A stretch of 61,921 bases of DNA, the filler included, from Limisphaerales bacterium (GTDB taxonomy: Bacteria > Verrucomicrobiota > Verrucomicrobiia > Limisphaerales > SIBE01), in NCBI GenBank assembly GCA_044225505.1. It is 3 parts of 3 records of this genome, joined end to end, with 100 filler letters (N's around TTAATTAATTAA, not from the genome) between each part and the next. Parts side by side here need not be neighbours in the genome. Positions count along the whole stretch, not along the records: positions 1 to 20,610 come from JBGAIN010000149.1; 2 more parts are not named here. One strand, 5' to 3'. Made by a program: the position numbers and the translations under genes. A model generated the notes under the pieces. It was not told the DNA's origin, searched no databases, and saw only the letters and a program-made list of their open reading frames with translations. This document shows positions 1 to 10,574 of this stretch, piece by piece; the stretch's first letter is position 1, and each line of letters begins with the position of its first letter.

Positions 1-1
1 G

Positions 2-1003
2 CTCTAGGAACGGCGCCTCGGACCGTTCCAAGACGAATTTGGCGCTAGCAGTTCCCCCGTTCTCGTAAACGATAAGCTCATTCTGAACGAGGACCATGAT
101 CTCGATAGCTTCCTCGTTGCGCTCAATTGCCGCACGGGCGAGATCCTCTGGAAGACCCCCCGGCCAGAGGCTGTGCGGAGCTATTCCACGCCCGCGGTCT
201 GGACCCGGGAAGGACGCACGGAATTACTCGTGGCAGGCGCTCTGGAATTGGCGGCCTACGCTCCCGCAACAGGGGAAAAACTTTGGTGGGTTCGTGGACT
301 GGCGCGCATTGTCATTCCAGTGCCGGTGCCTTGGAAGAACATGATCTTCATGGCCTCCTGGACTCCTGGCGGAGATTCCAGCAAGCGCCTCACCTTGGAC
401 CCGTGGTCCAGCGCGGCTTTCAAGTGGGATCGAAATCACGATGGCAAACTCGCGCGCGGGGAAATTGAGAGTCCTGAGATTCTCGACCGTTTTTTCCGTA
501 TGGACCTGGATCAAAGCGGCAGTCTTGATCAGGGGGAATGGGAGAGGCATGCCGCTGTCTTTCAAAAAGCGCAGAATGCCATCCTGGGAATCGCCCCGGG
601 GAATGGCACTGGAGATCTGACCGGCCAGGCGATCCAATGGAAACACCTCCGGGGCGCGCCCTACGTCTCAACGCCGGTGGCGACGCACGGGATCCTGTGG
701 GTCGTGAAAGACGGAGGCTTAGTCACGAAACTCGATGCGGCGAGCGGGGAATTACTCCAGGAAGAACGATTGCCAGGGATGGGAAACTATTACGCCTCGC
801 CAGTCGCTGCAGGAGACCGAGTTTTGTTTGCGGGAGAGCTGGGCACAATCAACGTCCTGGCGGCCACTCGGACATGGCAAATCGTTGCTACGCACGACCT
901 GCATGAAAAGATTTACGCCACTCCCGTGGTGCACCAGGATCGCCTTTACCTGCGGACCGAAGGAGCCCTTTATTGTTTTCCGCGCAAGACAGCCCACCCT
1001 TAG
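2..1003 (+). CDS. PQQ-binding-like (BamB-type) beta-propeller protein with inserted EF-hand-like pair; 5'-partial, in-frame TAG at 5-7
   Basis: Frame is open from 8 (ERRLGPFQDEFGASSSPVLVNDKLIL...GEILWKTPR...YSTP, YYASPV, IYATPV propeller motifs). DRNHDGKLARGE and DLDQSGSLDQGE are EF-hand-like loops. Confidence 0.75.
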
Positions 1004-1196
1004 CCTTGGGTTTCGCGCGATTCGGGCAATGCATCAGGTGCGGATCAGGCGCGAGCCCGATATCCAATTTTGGTCATGGCCTGCGATGGTCTATTGGCAA
1101 TCGGAGAAACCGTGTTAGGGTTGCCGTCAGAGATACGGCCAGGCAACGGCTGACACAAGGCTGGCCGTGACAACGAATTGATTGCGCACAAGGACT

Positions 1197-1475
1197 ATGG
1201 AAGAGAGCACCAAATCAACGGGACGTAAGATAAATGCCGCTTTAGCAAAACCTGTCCAACCTGACGAGAAGCTTGCGGCGATCGTCGGTTCAGAACCTTT
1301 ACCTCGCACCGCCATCACCAAACGCATTTGGGACTACATTAAAGAACACGGCCTGCAAGATCCGAAGAACAAGCAGCGAATTAATGCGGACGAAAAACTG
1401 AAAGCGGTCTTCGATGGGAAAGACCAAGTGAGCATGTTTGAAATGACAAAGCTTGTCTCCGGACACATGCGTTGA
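1197..1475 (+). CDS. SWIB/MDM2 domain protein (stand-alone bacterial type)
   Basis: LAAIVGSEPLPRTAITKRIWDYIKEHGLQDPKNKQRINADEKLKAVF...VSMFEMTKLVSGH is the typical SWIB signature; AAGGA precedes ATG 1197. Confidence 0.9.
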   Translation: MEESTKSTGRKINAALAKPVQPDEKLAAIVGSEPLPRTAITKRIWDYIKEHGLQDPKNKQRINADEKLKAVFDGKDQVSMFEMTKLVSGHMR

Positions 1476-1503
1476 CGTTCGCTGCCATGATCTTTCGCGA
1501 GCA

Positions 1504-1525
1504 AGGCGGGCGAGATCGCCCGCCT
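1504..1525. terminator. GC-rich hairpin between convergent genes, possible bidirectional terminator
   Basis: AGGCGGGCGA-GA-TCGCCCGCCT perfect inverted repeat; weak U-tract. Confidence 0.45.
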
Positions 1526-1589
1526 GACGTTTGTAAATTGAGGAGCCGGTCCCCAGCTGCGATGGCGCGGGCAACCGACATGGCTCTTC

Positions 1590-1775
1590 TCACGCGGCGG
1601 CGAGGATCCAGCCTTCCGCCTCTTGGATTTGCTGATTGAGCTGGGCGGCTTCGCACGTCAGCTTGCCAACGGCGCGATAGTCACCCCGCTGCGTCGCTGC
1701 TAGCGACGCTCTACGGACATGCTGCAGACGCTGTTTCATCTCCCTCAGCTCTCTTTCGCTTATCGTTAGTTTCAT
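1590..1775 (-). CDS. Small hypothetical helical protein (61 aa)
   Basis: Strong SD (GAGGAG) upstream of ATG; coiled-coil-like composition; fills the intergenic gap. Confidence 0.65.
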   Translation of the reverse strand: MKLTISERELREMKQRLQHVRRASLAATQRGDYRAVGKLTCEAAQLNQQIQEAEGWILAAA

Positions 1776-2053
1776 TGGTTGTTTCTCCTCAAGCCCAGAT
1801 CGTCTCCGCCAAGTCGACCGGTGCTCGCTTGGTTACGCTCAACCAATACCAGCGGAGAACGAACAGTAAACCTGCTTTGGCTCCTGAAAAATTGTTACAC
1901 AACCGGCCTGATCCCCACTCAGTGACAAGCCGATGTTCATTCCAGCTCCACCTCCCGATGGCAGCGCTCTACGTCAACGGCCGTCAGGATTGGGAGCGCC
2001 TGCACTTTCCACTTTCCTTTCTGACCGACCACCGTACGCTCCTCCAACAACGC

Positions 2054-3526
2054 ATGGGACTCAAACTGTTCAATACGCTGACTCGCACCTTGGAAGAATT
2101 CATTCCTTTGGACCCCAAAGGGAAGGACGTCGGCGTCTATTGCTGCGGACCTACGGTCTACGATTTCGGTCACATCGGAAACTTTCGCACGTTCACGTGT
2201 GCCGATCTTGTCCGGCGCTACCTGGAATTCAAAGGATTCAACGTCCGGCATGTGATGAACATCACGGACGTGGAAGATAAAATTATTGCCCGGGTCCGGA
2301 CGAGCGGATCGACGTTGCAGAAGTACACCCGTCAGTACGAAGAAGCCTTTTTCCACGATCTGACTCAGCTGGGTTGCCATCGACCTCAGGAAGCTCCGCG
2401 CGCGACGGAATACGTGCCCGCGATTGTTGCTCTGATTGAGCAACTGATCGGAAACGGCTTTGCTTACCAGGCGTCGGATGGATCCATCTACTTTAGCATC
2501 GAAAAATACCGCGCCGCTGGCAAACGCTACGGCCAATTGAGTACTCTCAATTTCGATGAAATGCGCGTGGGAGAAAGAGTCCGCCAGGACGAATACGCGA
2601 AAGAATCCGTGGCTGACTTCGCGTTGTGGAAAGCACGGGTTCCCGAGGACGGGGCAGTCTTCTGGCCAAGCCCCTGGGGGGACGGACGCCCCGGGTGGCA
2701 CATTGAGTGCAGCGCGATGAGTATGGCGCTCCTCGGCCCCAGCTTTGACCTCCACCTGGGTGGCGAGGACCTCATTTTTCCCCATCACGAAGATGAGATC
2801 GCTCAGAGTGAAGGCGCAGGCGCTCAACTCCCAGGGAACAAGTTCGTGAAGTATTGGCTGCATTGCGCTCATCTCCTTGTCGAAGGAAAGAAGATGAGCA
2901 AATCGCTCGGCAACTTCTTCACCCTCCGCGACCTGCTCGGAAAAGGGTTTTCCGGACGAGAAATCCGATTTCTCCTGCTCAGCGCCCATTACCGGGAACA
3001 GTTCAACTTTACGATCGACGGGTTGCAAGGCGCCCGAACCGCTCTAAACCGCCTTGACAACTGCATTCTCCGATTGCATGAAGTCGCCGATTCGGCGACT
3101 TCCGCTCCGGAGGCGGCAATCCTTGCGCGGGTCACGAGCTGCCTGGATGACGACTTGAATGTTTCCGCCGCATGGGGAGCCATCTTTGAATGGGCGGCGC
3201 AGCTCAACCGTTCGCTCTCTTCGAACGGTCTATCCCGCGAAGCAGCCGCGTCGGCCTTGGCGGCGTGGGAACGACTCGATGGAATCTTTGGACTTCAGTT
3301 CGGCCGCCAGAAACTCGTCAGCCATAACCTGGGCGGGACGGCCGGGACGGTTACGAGCAGCGATCCGGGAGGCGTGCCGCCAGAAGACGCCGCCCTGCTC
3401 GCCGAGCGCCAAGCGGCGCGCAAAGCGAAGGATTTCAAACGCGCCGATAGTATCCGAGACGCTCTAAAGGCGAAGGGTTGGGTCATTGAAGACACAGCTC
3501 AAGGAGCGCGTTTGAAACGCATCTAA
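2054..3526 (+). CDS. cysS: Cysteine--tRNA ligase
   Basis: YCCGPTVYD, HIGN, DFALWK, GRPGWHIECSAM, FPHHEDE, KMSKS motifs; start taken at MGLKLFNTLTR. Confidence 0.98.
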   Translation: MGLKLFNTLTRTLEEFIPLDPKGKDVGVYCCGPTVYDFGHIGNFRTFTCADLVRRYLEFKGFNVRHVMNITDVEDKIIARVRTSGSTLQKYTRQYEEAFFHDLTQLGCHRPQEAPRATEYVPAIVALIEQLIGNGFAYQASDGSIYFSIEKYRAAGKRYGQLSTLNFDEMRVGERVRQDEYAKESVADFALWKARVPEDGAVFWPSPWGDGRPGWHIECSAMSMALLGPSFDLHLGGEDLIFPHHEDEIAQSEGAGAQLPGNKFVKYWLHCAHLLVEGKKMSKSLGNFFTLRDLLGKGFSGREIRFLLLSAHYREQFNFTIDGLQGARTALNRLDNCILRLHEVADSATSAPEAAILARVTSCLDDDLNVSAAWGAIFEWAAQLNRSLSSNGLSREAAASALAAWERLDGIFGLQFGRQKLVSHNLGGTAGTVTSSDPGGVPPEDAALLAERQAARKAKDFKRADSIRDALKAKGWVIEDTAQGARLKRI

Positions 3527-3556
3527 CCCCCCCGATCCAGAGAGAGTTCTTTTTCC

Positions 3557-4192
3557 GTGAAGGGACTTTTCATAACGTTCGAAGGCACCGAAGGCAGCGG
3601 CAAAACCACGCAAATCCGCACTTTGACAGATCGGCTCAAGTCCGCGGGACGCACCGTTCGCCTCCTCCGAGAGCCTGGGGGCACCCCGATCGGCGAGGAG
3701 ATACGCCACACGCTCCAGCATAGCAGTCAGAATCAGTCCATGTGTGCCGAAGCGGAGCTTCTCTTGATCAACGCCAGCCGAGCGCAGCTGGTTCGAGAAA
3801 TCATTCGACCGAGTTTGACGGCTGGCGAGATCATTGTCTGTGATCGATTTTACGACTCGACGACGGCGTACCAAACGTACGGACGGGGACTAGACGCCCG
3901 CCTCGTGCAGACCGTCATCGACTTTGCCGTCGGCGCCACCCGACCTGACCTGACGCTTCTGTTGTTTGTCCCAGTCGCCGTGAGCGAATCGCGTCGCGCG
4001 CTCCGGCATTCCACCGAAGGCCCCCTTCGCGACCGCATGGAGGAAGCTGGACAGGACTTTTTCCGGCGCGTGGAAGAGGGTTACAGCGCGATTGCGCGGG
4101 CGGAACCAGCCCGAGTCAAGCTGCTGGATGCGACTCTGGACGCCGAATCGGTGGCGCGGGCGGTTTGGAACGAGGTCGCCCGGATCTTGTAA
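3557..4192 (+). CDS. tmk: Thymidylate (dTMP) kinase
   Basis: FITFEGTEGSGKTTQ P-loop, REPGGT, CDRFYDST, PDLT. Confidence 0.97.
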   Translation: MKGLFITFEGTEGSGKTTQIRTLTDRLKSAGRTVRLLREPGGTPIGEEIRHTLQHSSQNQSMCAEAELLLINASRAQLVREIIRPSLTAGEIIVCDRFYDSTTAYQTYGRGLDARLVQTVIDFAVGATRPDLTLLLFVPVAVSESRRALRHSTEGPLRDRMEEAGQDFFRRVEEGYSAIARAEPARVKLLDATLDAESVARAVWNEVARIL

Positions 4193-4198
4193 GAGCCG

Positions 4199-4226
4199 TT
4201 GACATCCGAGCGGTTTACGATACCGT
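4199..4226 (+). promoter_or_regulatory. Possible sigma70 promoter for rpsT
   Basis: TTGACA-N16-TACCGT about 27 nt upstream of the rpsT start. Confidence 0.35.
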
Positions 4227-4253
4227 TTGCCCCTCGAAATTTGAGTCAATCTT

Positions 4254-4547
4254 ATGCCGAATACGAAGTCAGCCGAACGTCGCGCACGCAATAGCGTCCG
4301 GAAGCAACAGCACAATCACAGTGTCAAATCAACGCTCAAAACGTTGGAAAAGCGGTACTTAGGAACATTGTCAGCTGGCAATAAGGACCAGGCGACCGCT
4401 TCCCTTCGGTCCGTTAGTTCTGCCCTCGATAAGGCGGCCAAAACTGGGATTATTCATAAATCCACCGCGAACCGAAAGAAGTCACGATTAGCGCTTCGGC
4501 TCCTAAAGCCCATTGCGGCTGCCCCTGCGCCAGCGCCCGCTTCCTGA
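4254..4547 (+). CDS. rpsT: 30S ribosomal protein S20
   Basis: MPNTKSAERRAR...LDKAAKTGIIHKSTANRKKSRL. Confidence 0.97.
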   Translation: MPNTKSAERRARNSVRKQQHNHSVKSTLKTLEKRYLGTLSAGNKDQATASLRSVSSALDKAAKTGIIHKSTANRKKSRLALRLLKPIAAAPAPAPAS

Positions 4548-4635
4548 CGGAGTGGGTGCCGGAAGGACCGGGAGAGAAAGCGTCGAGGATGTGTCTTACG
4601 CTGTTCAGTTGAGTGCTCCGTTCGATGTCGCCGGT

Positions 4636-5100
4636 ATGTGCCGAACCACACATCTTCTGACCGTCCTGCTTGGGGCCGGGCTCCTTTTCGCGTCCAGCAG
4701 CTGCGCAACCCGCCCTAGCGGATACAAGATCACCCAGGAGACCATCGAGTTCGTTCAGCCCGGAACCACGACGAAGGCTGAGGTCATCGAGAATCTCGGC
4801 CCCCCCTTGTTTGAACTCCAGCCCGAGCGCGTCCTGGCCTATAGTTGGGGAAAGATGCGATCGACGGGCGCGAAGCCAGCCTCTGCTAACCAGGATCCAT
4901 CCATGGCCGGACGTCCCATGCGCTACGCTGTCGAGCCCGGTGGCATTGACGAGACGGGCGTCGTGGAATCGCAGCGCTGGATTTTTTGCATCGCTTTCGA
5001 TGCAAACGACCGGGTCCAGCGCGTCGAACGACTTAAAGTTGAAAAAGAAGGCGCCTCCTTGGAACAAACCGCCCGGCATTGGGTCCAAGGCGCCCGCTAG
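4636..5100 (+). CDS. Lipoprotein, BamE/SmpA-like domain
   Basis: Hydrophobic leader ending SSSC; IEFVQPGTTTKAEVIENLGPP and IAFDANDRV resemble SmpA/OmlA. Confidence 0.6.
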   Translation: MCRTTHLLTVLLGAGLLFASSSCATRPSGYKITQETIEFVQPGTTTKAEVIENLGPPLFELQPERVLAYSWGKMRSTGAKPASANQDPSMAGRPMRYAVEPGGIDETGVVESQRWIFCIAFDANDRVQRVERLKVEKEGASLEQTARHWVQGAR

Positions 5101-5102
5101 GC

Positions 5103-5837
5103 CTACTCTTTGACGCGCTTGGCTTCCAGGTCGTAGGTCCGCTGGGTCCCGCCCCAATTCGACTGGATCTTTCCGCGCAGTTGCTCCCCTTCCAGACGTG
5201 CGTTGTACTTTGTGGTGAACGTCTCACCATCCCGTTCCCGCGTGACCTTAAAAGTAATCTCTCCACCGGAGATCTTGCCATCTTGAATGGCGCGTTCGTT
5301 TTCACCAATGATCACCACTCCGGTGACCTTTTCGCCATCTTGCTTGAGGCGTAATGTCGGCTCGAGTGTCTGCCCCCCAGACGTCGTGAAGCTATATTTC
5401 CAACTCCCCGTCACATCCGCAGCGGCTTTGGCGCCTTGACGCTTGGCCTCCCAATCACGAGTCCGCGTTTGGCCGTCACGATCGGTTTCCATCTTGCCCC
5501 GAATCGCATCGCCACTGATTTTGCCGGAGTAACGCGTCTTGATGGTGTTGCCGTCCCGTTCCCGAACCAGCAGAAAAGCGATCTCATCACCGGTGATCGC
5601 GGCGTTTTGAATGGCCGTCTCGGTGCCGTTCCGCCCCGTGACCGAGCCGACCCATTTGCCCCCTTCCGACTTCAGCTTCAGCGAGGAATTGATGGTGGTG
5701 CCGTCTTGGGTCGTAAAGCTCCAAGTCCAAGTTCCGGTCGGATCGACCTTGTCAGCCGCGGACGCCCACGGGCCGCCGACCAGGCATAGAATGGCGGCCA
5801 AGAACGCTCGAGCCAAGGATCGCGCAGGTATTTGCAT
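5103..5837 (-). CDS. Secreted protein with two tandem ~100-aa beta-rich repeats
   Basis: Signal peptide (…WASA|ADK); repeats VDPTGTWTWSFTT…WEAKR and ADVTGSWKYSFTT…LEAKR. Confidence 0.75.
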   Translation of the reverse strand: MQIPARSLARAFLAAILCLVGGPWASAADKVDPTGTWTWSFTTQDGTTINSSLKLKSEGGKWVGSVTGRNGTETAIQNAAITGDEIAFLLVRERDGNTIKTRYSGKISGDAIRGKMETDRDGQTRTRDWEAKRQGAKAAADVTGSWKYSFTTSGGQTLEPTLRLKQDGEKVTGVVIIGENERAIQDGKISGGEITFKVTRERDGETFTTKYNARLEGEQLRGKIQSNWGGTQRTYDLEAKRVKE

Positions 5838-6080
5838 AAGATTGTGGAAGATTACAGGTTGATTTCCAGACGCGCGCTTACGCCACTCCGTCCGGGGGTT
5901 CACCCGCTAATGACCCGGATGGCGCCGTCCCGGTTACGAAACGCTCCCAGCCGCTTTGTGGAGCGGTTGTATTGGTAATCTCACACCGTCAGAATCGTGC
6001 TTCCCGAGGTGAGGTCGCGATTGACATATCTCCCTCGAAATGAATACAAACCAGAAGAATCTGGTCAAAAGTCGATCTCT

Positions 6081-7670
6081 ATGCGAACGAAGCGCTTGTT
6101 AGTTTGGTTCTCCCTCTTGCTGGCTCTCAATTCTTTCATCTCCCGCGCGGCCGATTCGGCTTCAAGCACTAAAGGCAAGGCTGAACACGTCGTGATCGTG
6201 GTTTGGGATGGAATGCGCCGAGACTTTATCACCCCCCAATACACGCCGACGCTCTACGCTTTGACCCAGTGCGGAGTGTTTTTCAAGAATCACCATCCGG
6301 TCTATATCAGCTCGACCGAAGTGAACGGAACGGCCATCGCCACCGGTGCGTATCCGATTCGGAGTGGAATTATGGCCAACAGTGATTACCGGCCGCTCCT
6401 CGGTTGGCTTGGCCCCAACGCTACCGAGGGCGTGGAAGCAATTCGCCGTGGGGATCTTATGTCGGACGGGCATTACATCATGGTGCCGACCGTGGCGGAG
6501 ATCCTTCAGGAAGCTGGACACCGCACGATCATCGCCGGCAGTAAACCAGTCGCCCTGCTGCACGACCGCGCGATCAAAAGGGCGCCAGGGGCTGCCAGCG
6601 ATTCCACCATGCTTTACAAAGGAAAGACGATTCCGCGCAGTTTGATTGACCGGCTGGTCAAAGTAAACGATGACAAAGCATTTCCGGCTAATACGAGCTA
6701 CCCAAACACCGCCGTCGACACTTGGACCACGAAAGCTCTCATCGACGGGCTCTGGAAAAAAGAAGTCCCGAAATTCACGGTCTTGTGGCTAAGTGAGCCA
6801 GATGCTTCCCAGCACGAGACGGGTGTAGGTTCCGACACGTCACTGGCAGGAATCGCGAGCAGCGACCAACGCCTCCATGAGGTGCTCGAAGCGCTCGAGA
6901 AAAAGAAGCTTCGCGAGAAGACCGACATCTTTGTGGTCTCTGATCACGGTTTTTCCACAATCAACCGCGGCCCGGACGTGGTTGAAATCCTCAAAAGAGC
7001 GGGCTTCCAAGCCACCAAGAAATTTGACGATCCGGAGCCCGGAGATGTCCTCGTGGTTGGCCTGGGCGGGAGCGTTTCGTTCTACGTTTTCGACGACCAC
7101 GAAGGAACTATCGAACGACTCGTCCAGTTCCTTCAAGGCACCGACTTCGCCGGAGTTGTCTTTTCACGACTGCCGTTGCCCGGGACCTTTCCCTTGGAGA
7201 AGGTAGGGATTAGCACGACCAGCGGCGCACCGGATGTTCTCGTCGCCTTGCGATGGAGTTGGGAAAAAAACGAACATGGAATCCCAGGTGTCTTCGCTGC
7301 GGAGGGGGGCAAGAAAGGCAAAGGCAGCCATGCGTCGCTCAGCCGGTCCGACATGCTAAACACCTTGGTCGCGGCGGGACCGGATTTTCGATCGGGAATG
7401 ATCAACGAACTCCCTAGCGGTAACGCTGATCTCGCTCCCACGGTGTTGCACATCTTGGGCGTGGCGCAACCCAAGGGCGCCCCGATGGATGGCCGAGTAT
7501 TGCACGAAGCCCTCATCACGAGTGTCACGCCTTCGGAACGGCCAGTGACAAAAACGATCGAAGCGAGCCGAGACATCGGGCTGTTTCACTGGCGCCAATA
7601 CTTGAAATTCACAGAATACGCCGGCCGCACCTATTTCGACGAGGGCAACGGGGAAGCGACCGCCAAGTAA
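6081..7670 (+). CDS. Secreted alkaline phosphatase superfamily enzyme (nucleotide pyrophosphatase/type I phosphodiesterase-like)
   Basis: [19 protein letters not shown] (candidate catalytic Thr), EPDASQH, VSDHGF, GSHAS, DLAPT; signal peptide. Confidence 0.88.
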   Translation: MRTKRLLVWFSLLLALNSFISRAADSASSTKGKAEHVVIVVWDGMRRDFITPQYTPTLYALTQCGVFFKNHHPVYISSTEVNGTAIATGAYPIRSGIMANSDYRPLLGWLGPNATEGVEAIRRGDLMSDGHYIMVPTVAEILQEAGHRTIIAGSKPVALLHDRAIKRAPGAASDSTMLYKGKTIPRSLIDRLVKVNDDKAFPANTSYPNTAVDTWTTKALIDGLWKKEVPKFTVLWLSEPDASQHETGVGSDTSLAGIASSDQRLHEVLEALEKKKLREKTDIFVVSDHGFSTINRGPDVVEILKRAGFQATKKFDDPEPGDVLVVGLGGSVSFYVFDDHEGTIERLVQFLQGTDFAGVVFSRLPLPGTFPLEKVGISTTSGAPDVLVALRWSWEKNEHGIPGVFAAEGGKKGKGSHASLSRSDMLNTLVAAGPDFRSGMINELPSGNADLAPTVLHILGVAQPKGAPMDGRVLHEALITSVTPSERPVTKTIEASRDIGLFHWRQYLKFTEYAGRTYFDEGNGEATAK

Positions 7671-7839
7671 AGCGTCTGAGTCAACCGCGTCGAACTCCGA
7701 GGACAAGCGGTGCAGCGAAGCGCGGTCTTCGGCACACAGGTCCACGGTCAGCGAACGATTCCGGTCCACGCACGCGGACCGTTTGCCTCGCGGATTCGCG
7801 ATTGTCTCCGGGACGGAGCCCGACATACTCTTTCGGGAC

Positions 7840-9021
7840 ATGAAATATCGACGTTTCGGACGCACGGAGCTGCAAATCCCCGTGATTTCTTGCGGCGGCA
7901 TGCGCTATCAGCACAAGTGGCAGGACGTATCTCCTTCGGAAGTGCCGCCGCAAAATCAGGCGAACCTCGAAGCCACGATTCATCGCGCAATCGCTTTAGG
8001 CATCAATCACATTGAGACCGCACGAGGCTACGGGTCGTCCGAGATGCAACTGGGAGGCGTCCTCCCCACGCTGCCTCGCGACAAGATCATTGTGCAGACC
8101 AAGGTGGTCCCGCACGAACGGCCGGAAGATTTCCTGAAGACCTTTGACCGGTCGATGAAGAATTTACGTTTGGACCATGTCGATCTGCTCGGTCTCCATG
8201 GGATCAACGACCGTCGGTTTCTCGATTGGTCATTGCGGAAGAACGGCTGCCTGGCTGCAGCCCGCCGACTGCAAAAAGAAGGCCGGGTTCGATTCGTCGG
8301 CTTTTCCACCCACGCGACCACCGACATCATCTTGGAAGCGGTCAACAGCGGCGAGTTTGACTACTGCAATCTCCATTGGTACTTCGTGAACGACTTGAAT
8401 TGGCCGGCCGTGCAAGCCGCGCACGCGCGCGACATGGGTGTCTTTATTATCAGTCCGAACGACAAAGGGGGAAAACTCTACGCTCCCCCTCAAAAACTCG
8501 TGGACCTGTGCCAACCGCTCAGCCCAATCGCTTTCAACAATCTCTATTGCCTGTCTCGACCTGAAGTGCACACGTTGAGCTGCGGCGCGGCTCGTCCCAG
8601 TGACTTCGAGGAGCATGTCGCGAGCCTCGAACACTATGAGCGAATTCCAGAGACCATCGCTCCAATAGAAGCGCGCTTGCGCCGGGAAATGCAGCAGGCG
8701 TTAGGTGCTGAGTGGTGTGAACGGTGGTTCGAAGGCTTGCCCCAATACGTGGACGTGCCAGGCCAAGTGAATTTACTCGAAATCCTCCGATTGTGGACCT
8801 ACGCCAAGTCCCTGGACCTGGTTGACTGGGGAAAAATGCGTTACAACCTGCTCGGGCAAGGCGATCACTGGTTTCCCGGAGAAAACGCAGAGCGCATCCA
8901 GAAAGAGTCATTCGAGGGCGTGCTGCGAAAGAGTCCATTTGCGGCGCGTTTACCGGGGATACTGCAGGAAGCTCACCGAATGCTCTATGAAGCCCCGGTG
9001 AAACGGCTCAGCCAAAGCTAA
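7840..9021 (+). CDS. Aldo/keto reductase family oxidoreductase
   Basis: [46 protein letters not shown]. Confidence 0.9.
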   Translation: MKYRRFGRTELQIPVISCGGMRYQHKWQDVSPSEVPPQNQANLEATIHRAIALGINHIETARGYGSSEMQLGGVLPTLPRDKIIVQTKVVPHERPEDFLKTFDRSMKNLRLDHVDLLGLHGINDRRFLDWSLRKNGCLAAARRLQKEGRVRFVGFSTHATTDIILEAVNSGEFDYCNLHWYFVNDLNWPAVQAAHARDMGVFIISPNDKGGKLYAPPQKLVDLCQPLSPIAFNNLYCLSRPEVHTLSCGAARPSDFEEHVASLEHYERIPETIAPIEARLRREMQQALGAEWCERWFEGLPQYVDVPGQVNLLEILRLWTYAKSLDLVDWGKMRYNLLGQGDHWFPGENAERIQKESFEGVLRKSPFAARLPGILQEAHRMLYEAPVKRLSQS

Positions 9022-9410
9022 GCCGCGCTCAAGATTGCTCCTCAAGGTTGGCTAACAACCAGACCACCAATGCCCGCGAAGGCCGTCGAATGGGGCACAA
9101 AACCCATCCATACTCGCGCCCTAGCTCACTCGACCACATGGTCCGTTTGGTCGTCATAAACATACGGACCTGGCCGGGTCTCTCCGCAGCCCAAACGCCG
9201 GCTACGATCCGGGCCCATTCCATGTCACTGTAATGGCGGCTCACAGTTTTGTAGAGTTACGATACTGCGGTCCGTTCGTTTGTAAACCTGAGGGCGCGAG
9301 CGCCTCGTCTGGAGGATTGCTCTTGCATTCGAGGCTGCCTCAGGGTAGCAGACCTTTGAGCCTGTTCCGCACGTTGCGCGGGCGATATAACCCAGTTCCA
9401 GTCCAGCTAT

Positions 9411-10451
9411 ATGAAAGCCAATGGCACTTCACGTCGTGAATTTGTTCGAACCGTTGCAGTCGGGTCTGCCGCCCTTGCCTTCCCGCTGATCTTGAATGCG
9501 GAAGACAAAGCGGGAACGAAAGCGCCTGTCTTGGGCAGTGGGGAGCATACTTACGAGTGCATTCACGATTGGCCCCAGTTGCCCGAATCCATCCGGTTTG
9601 GCAACACCCACGGCGTGATTGAGGATTCCCAAGGCAACATCCACATCAAACATACGGTACACAAGACCAGTCAAAAAGGGGACGCGATCTGCGTTTTCGA
9701 TCCGGACGGCAAGTTTGTGCGGTCTTGGGGCGCTGAGTATCGCGGAGTCGCTCATGGTCTCGAGCGCGTGACCGAAGGGAAAGACGAGTTCCTCTGGTTG
9801 TCATGCACCGGGGCCCATTTAGTGCGCAAGGTGACGCTCACCGGCGAGGAAGTGCTCACGATCCGGTGCCCGATGGAGTCTGGGCTTTACAATAACGAAA
9901 ACGAATTTGTGCCGACCAACACGGTCGTCGGCCCAGATGGCCGCGTCTATGTTTCCGATGGCTACGGCAAAAGCTGGATTCACATTTACGACGCCAAAGG
10001 GACTTATCTAAAATCCTTTGGCGGCCCTGGCAAAGAACGCGGCCAGGTATCCTGCCCGCACGGACTCTACGTTGACAAGCGCGGGGCCGAGCCCGTGTTG
10101 GTGGTGGCAGATCGGAGTAATCGGCGCTTGCAAGTCTTCAACTTGGAAGGCAAACACCTGCGATTCGTAACGTCGGAGCTGCGTGCCCCCTGTCATTTCC
10201 ACACCCGCGAAAAGGTGCTTCTGATTCCAGACTTGGAAGCCCGCGTGACCTTGTTTAACCAGGACAACCAGTTGATCACACATCTGGGAGACGGAACTCA
10301 TTATAACGGAATCCGTGACAAGGAACGGACTGCGTTCACCCCAGGCAAATTCATCGCGCCGCACGGTGCGAATTTCGATTCACACGGCAATATCTTTGTC
10401 GCAGAATGGGTGGAGGTCGGTCGCGTCACCAAGTTGCGTCGCGTCACGTAA
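9411..10451 (+). CDS. Tat-exported NHL-repeat beta-propeller protein (peptidyl-alpha-hydroxyglycine lyase-like)
   Basis: SRREFV Tat motif; VYVSDGYG, CPHGL, VADRSNRRLQVF, APHG...IFVAEW repeats. Confidence 0.82.
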   Translation: MKANGTSRREFVRTVAVGSAALAFPLILNAEDKAGTKAPVLGSGEHTYECIHDWPQLPESIRFGNTHGVIEDSQGNIHIKHTVHKTSQKGDAICVFDPDGKFVRSWGAEYRGVAHGLERVTEGKDEFLWLSCTGAHLVRKVTLTGEEVLTIRCPMESGLYNNENEFVPTNTVVGPDGRVYVSDGYGKSWIHIYDAKGTYLKSFGGPGKERGQVSCPHGLYVDKRGAEPVLVVADRSNRRLQVFNLEGKHLRFVTSELRAPCHFHTREKVLLIPDLEARVTLFNQDNQLITHLGDGTHYNGIRDKERTAFTPGKFIAPHGANFDSHGNIFVAEWVEVGRVTKLRRVT

Positions 10452-10456
10452 TCGTG

Positions 10457-10477
10457 CCGCGCGGATAATCCGCGCGG
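10457..10477. repeat. Perfect palindrome in intergenic spacer
   Basis: CCGCGCGGAT-A-ATCCGCGCGG immediately after the NHL gene stop. Confidence 0.5.
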
Positions 10478-10574
10478 ATTCCGAGCGCCCCGAGCAGTTC
10501 GTCTGCTCAGCGCTGGCAGGCGACAAAGCGCGCGTTCTTGGTTGCGGGCGCGCCTGCCACCACTGACATACGCG

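Noticed and set aside
1775..2053. Long N-terminal extensions in the ORF track (cysS, tatD, 14110, 49523, 54959, 57413)
   Set aside because: They overlap neighbours or lack family similarity; downstream ATG starts fit better.
1937..3028. Long antisense ORFs (e.g. 1937-3028, 56247-57233, 21877-22680)
   Set aside because: Shadow ORFs of GC-rich genes with no recognisable motifs.
2054..3526. cysS as an MshC-like ligase for the thiol operon
   Set aside because: Full-length housekeeping CysRS with anticodon domain in a cysS-tmk context, on a different contig.
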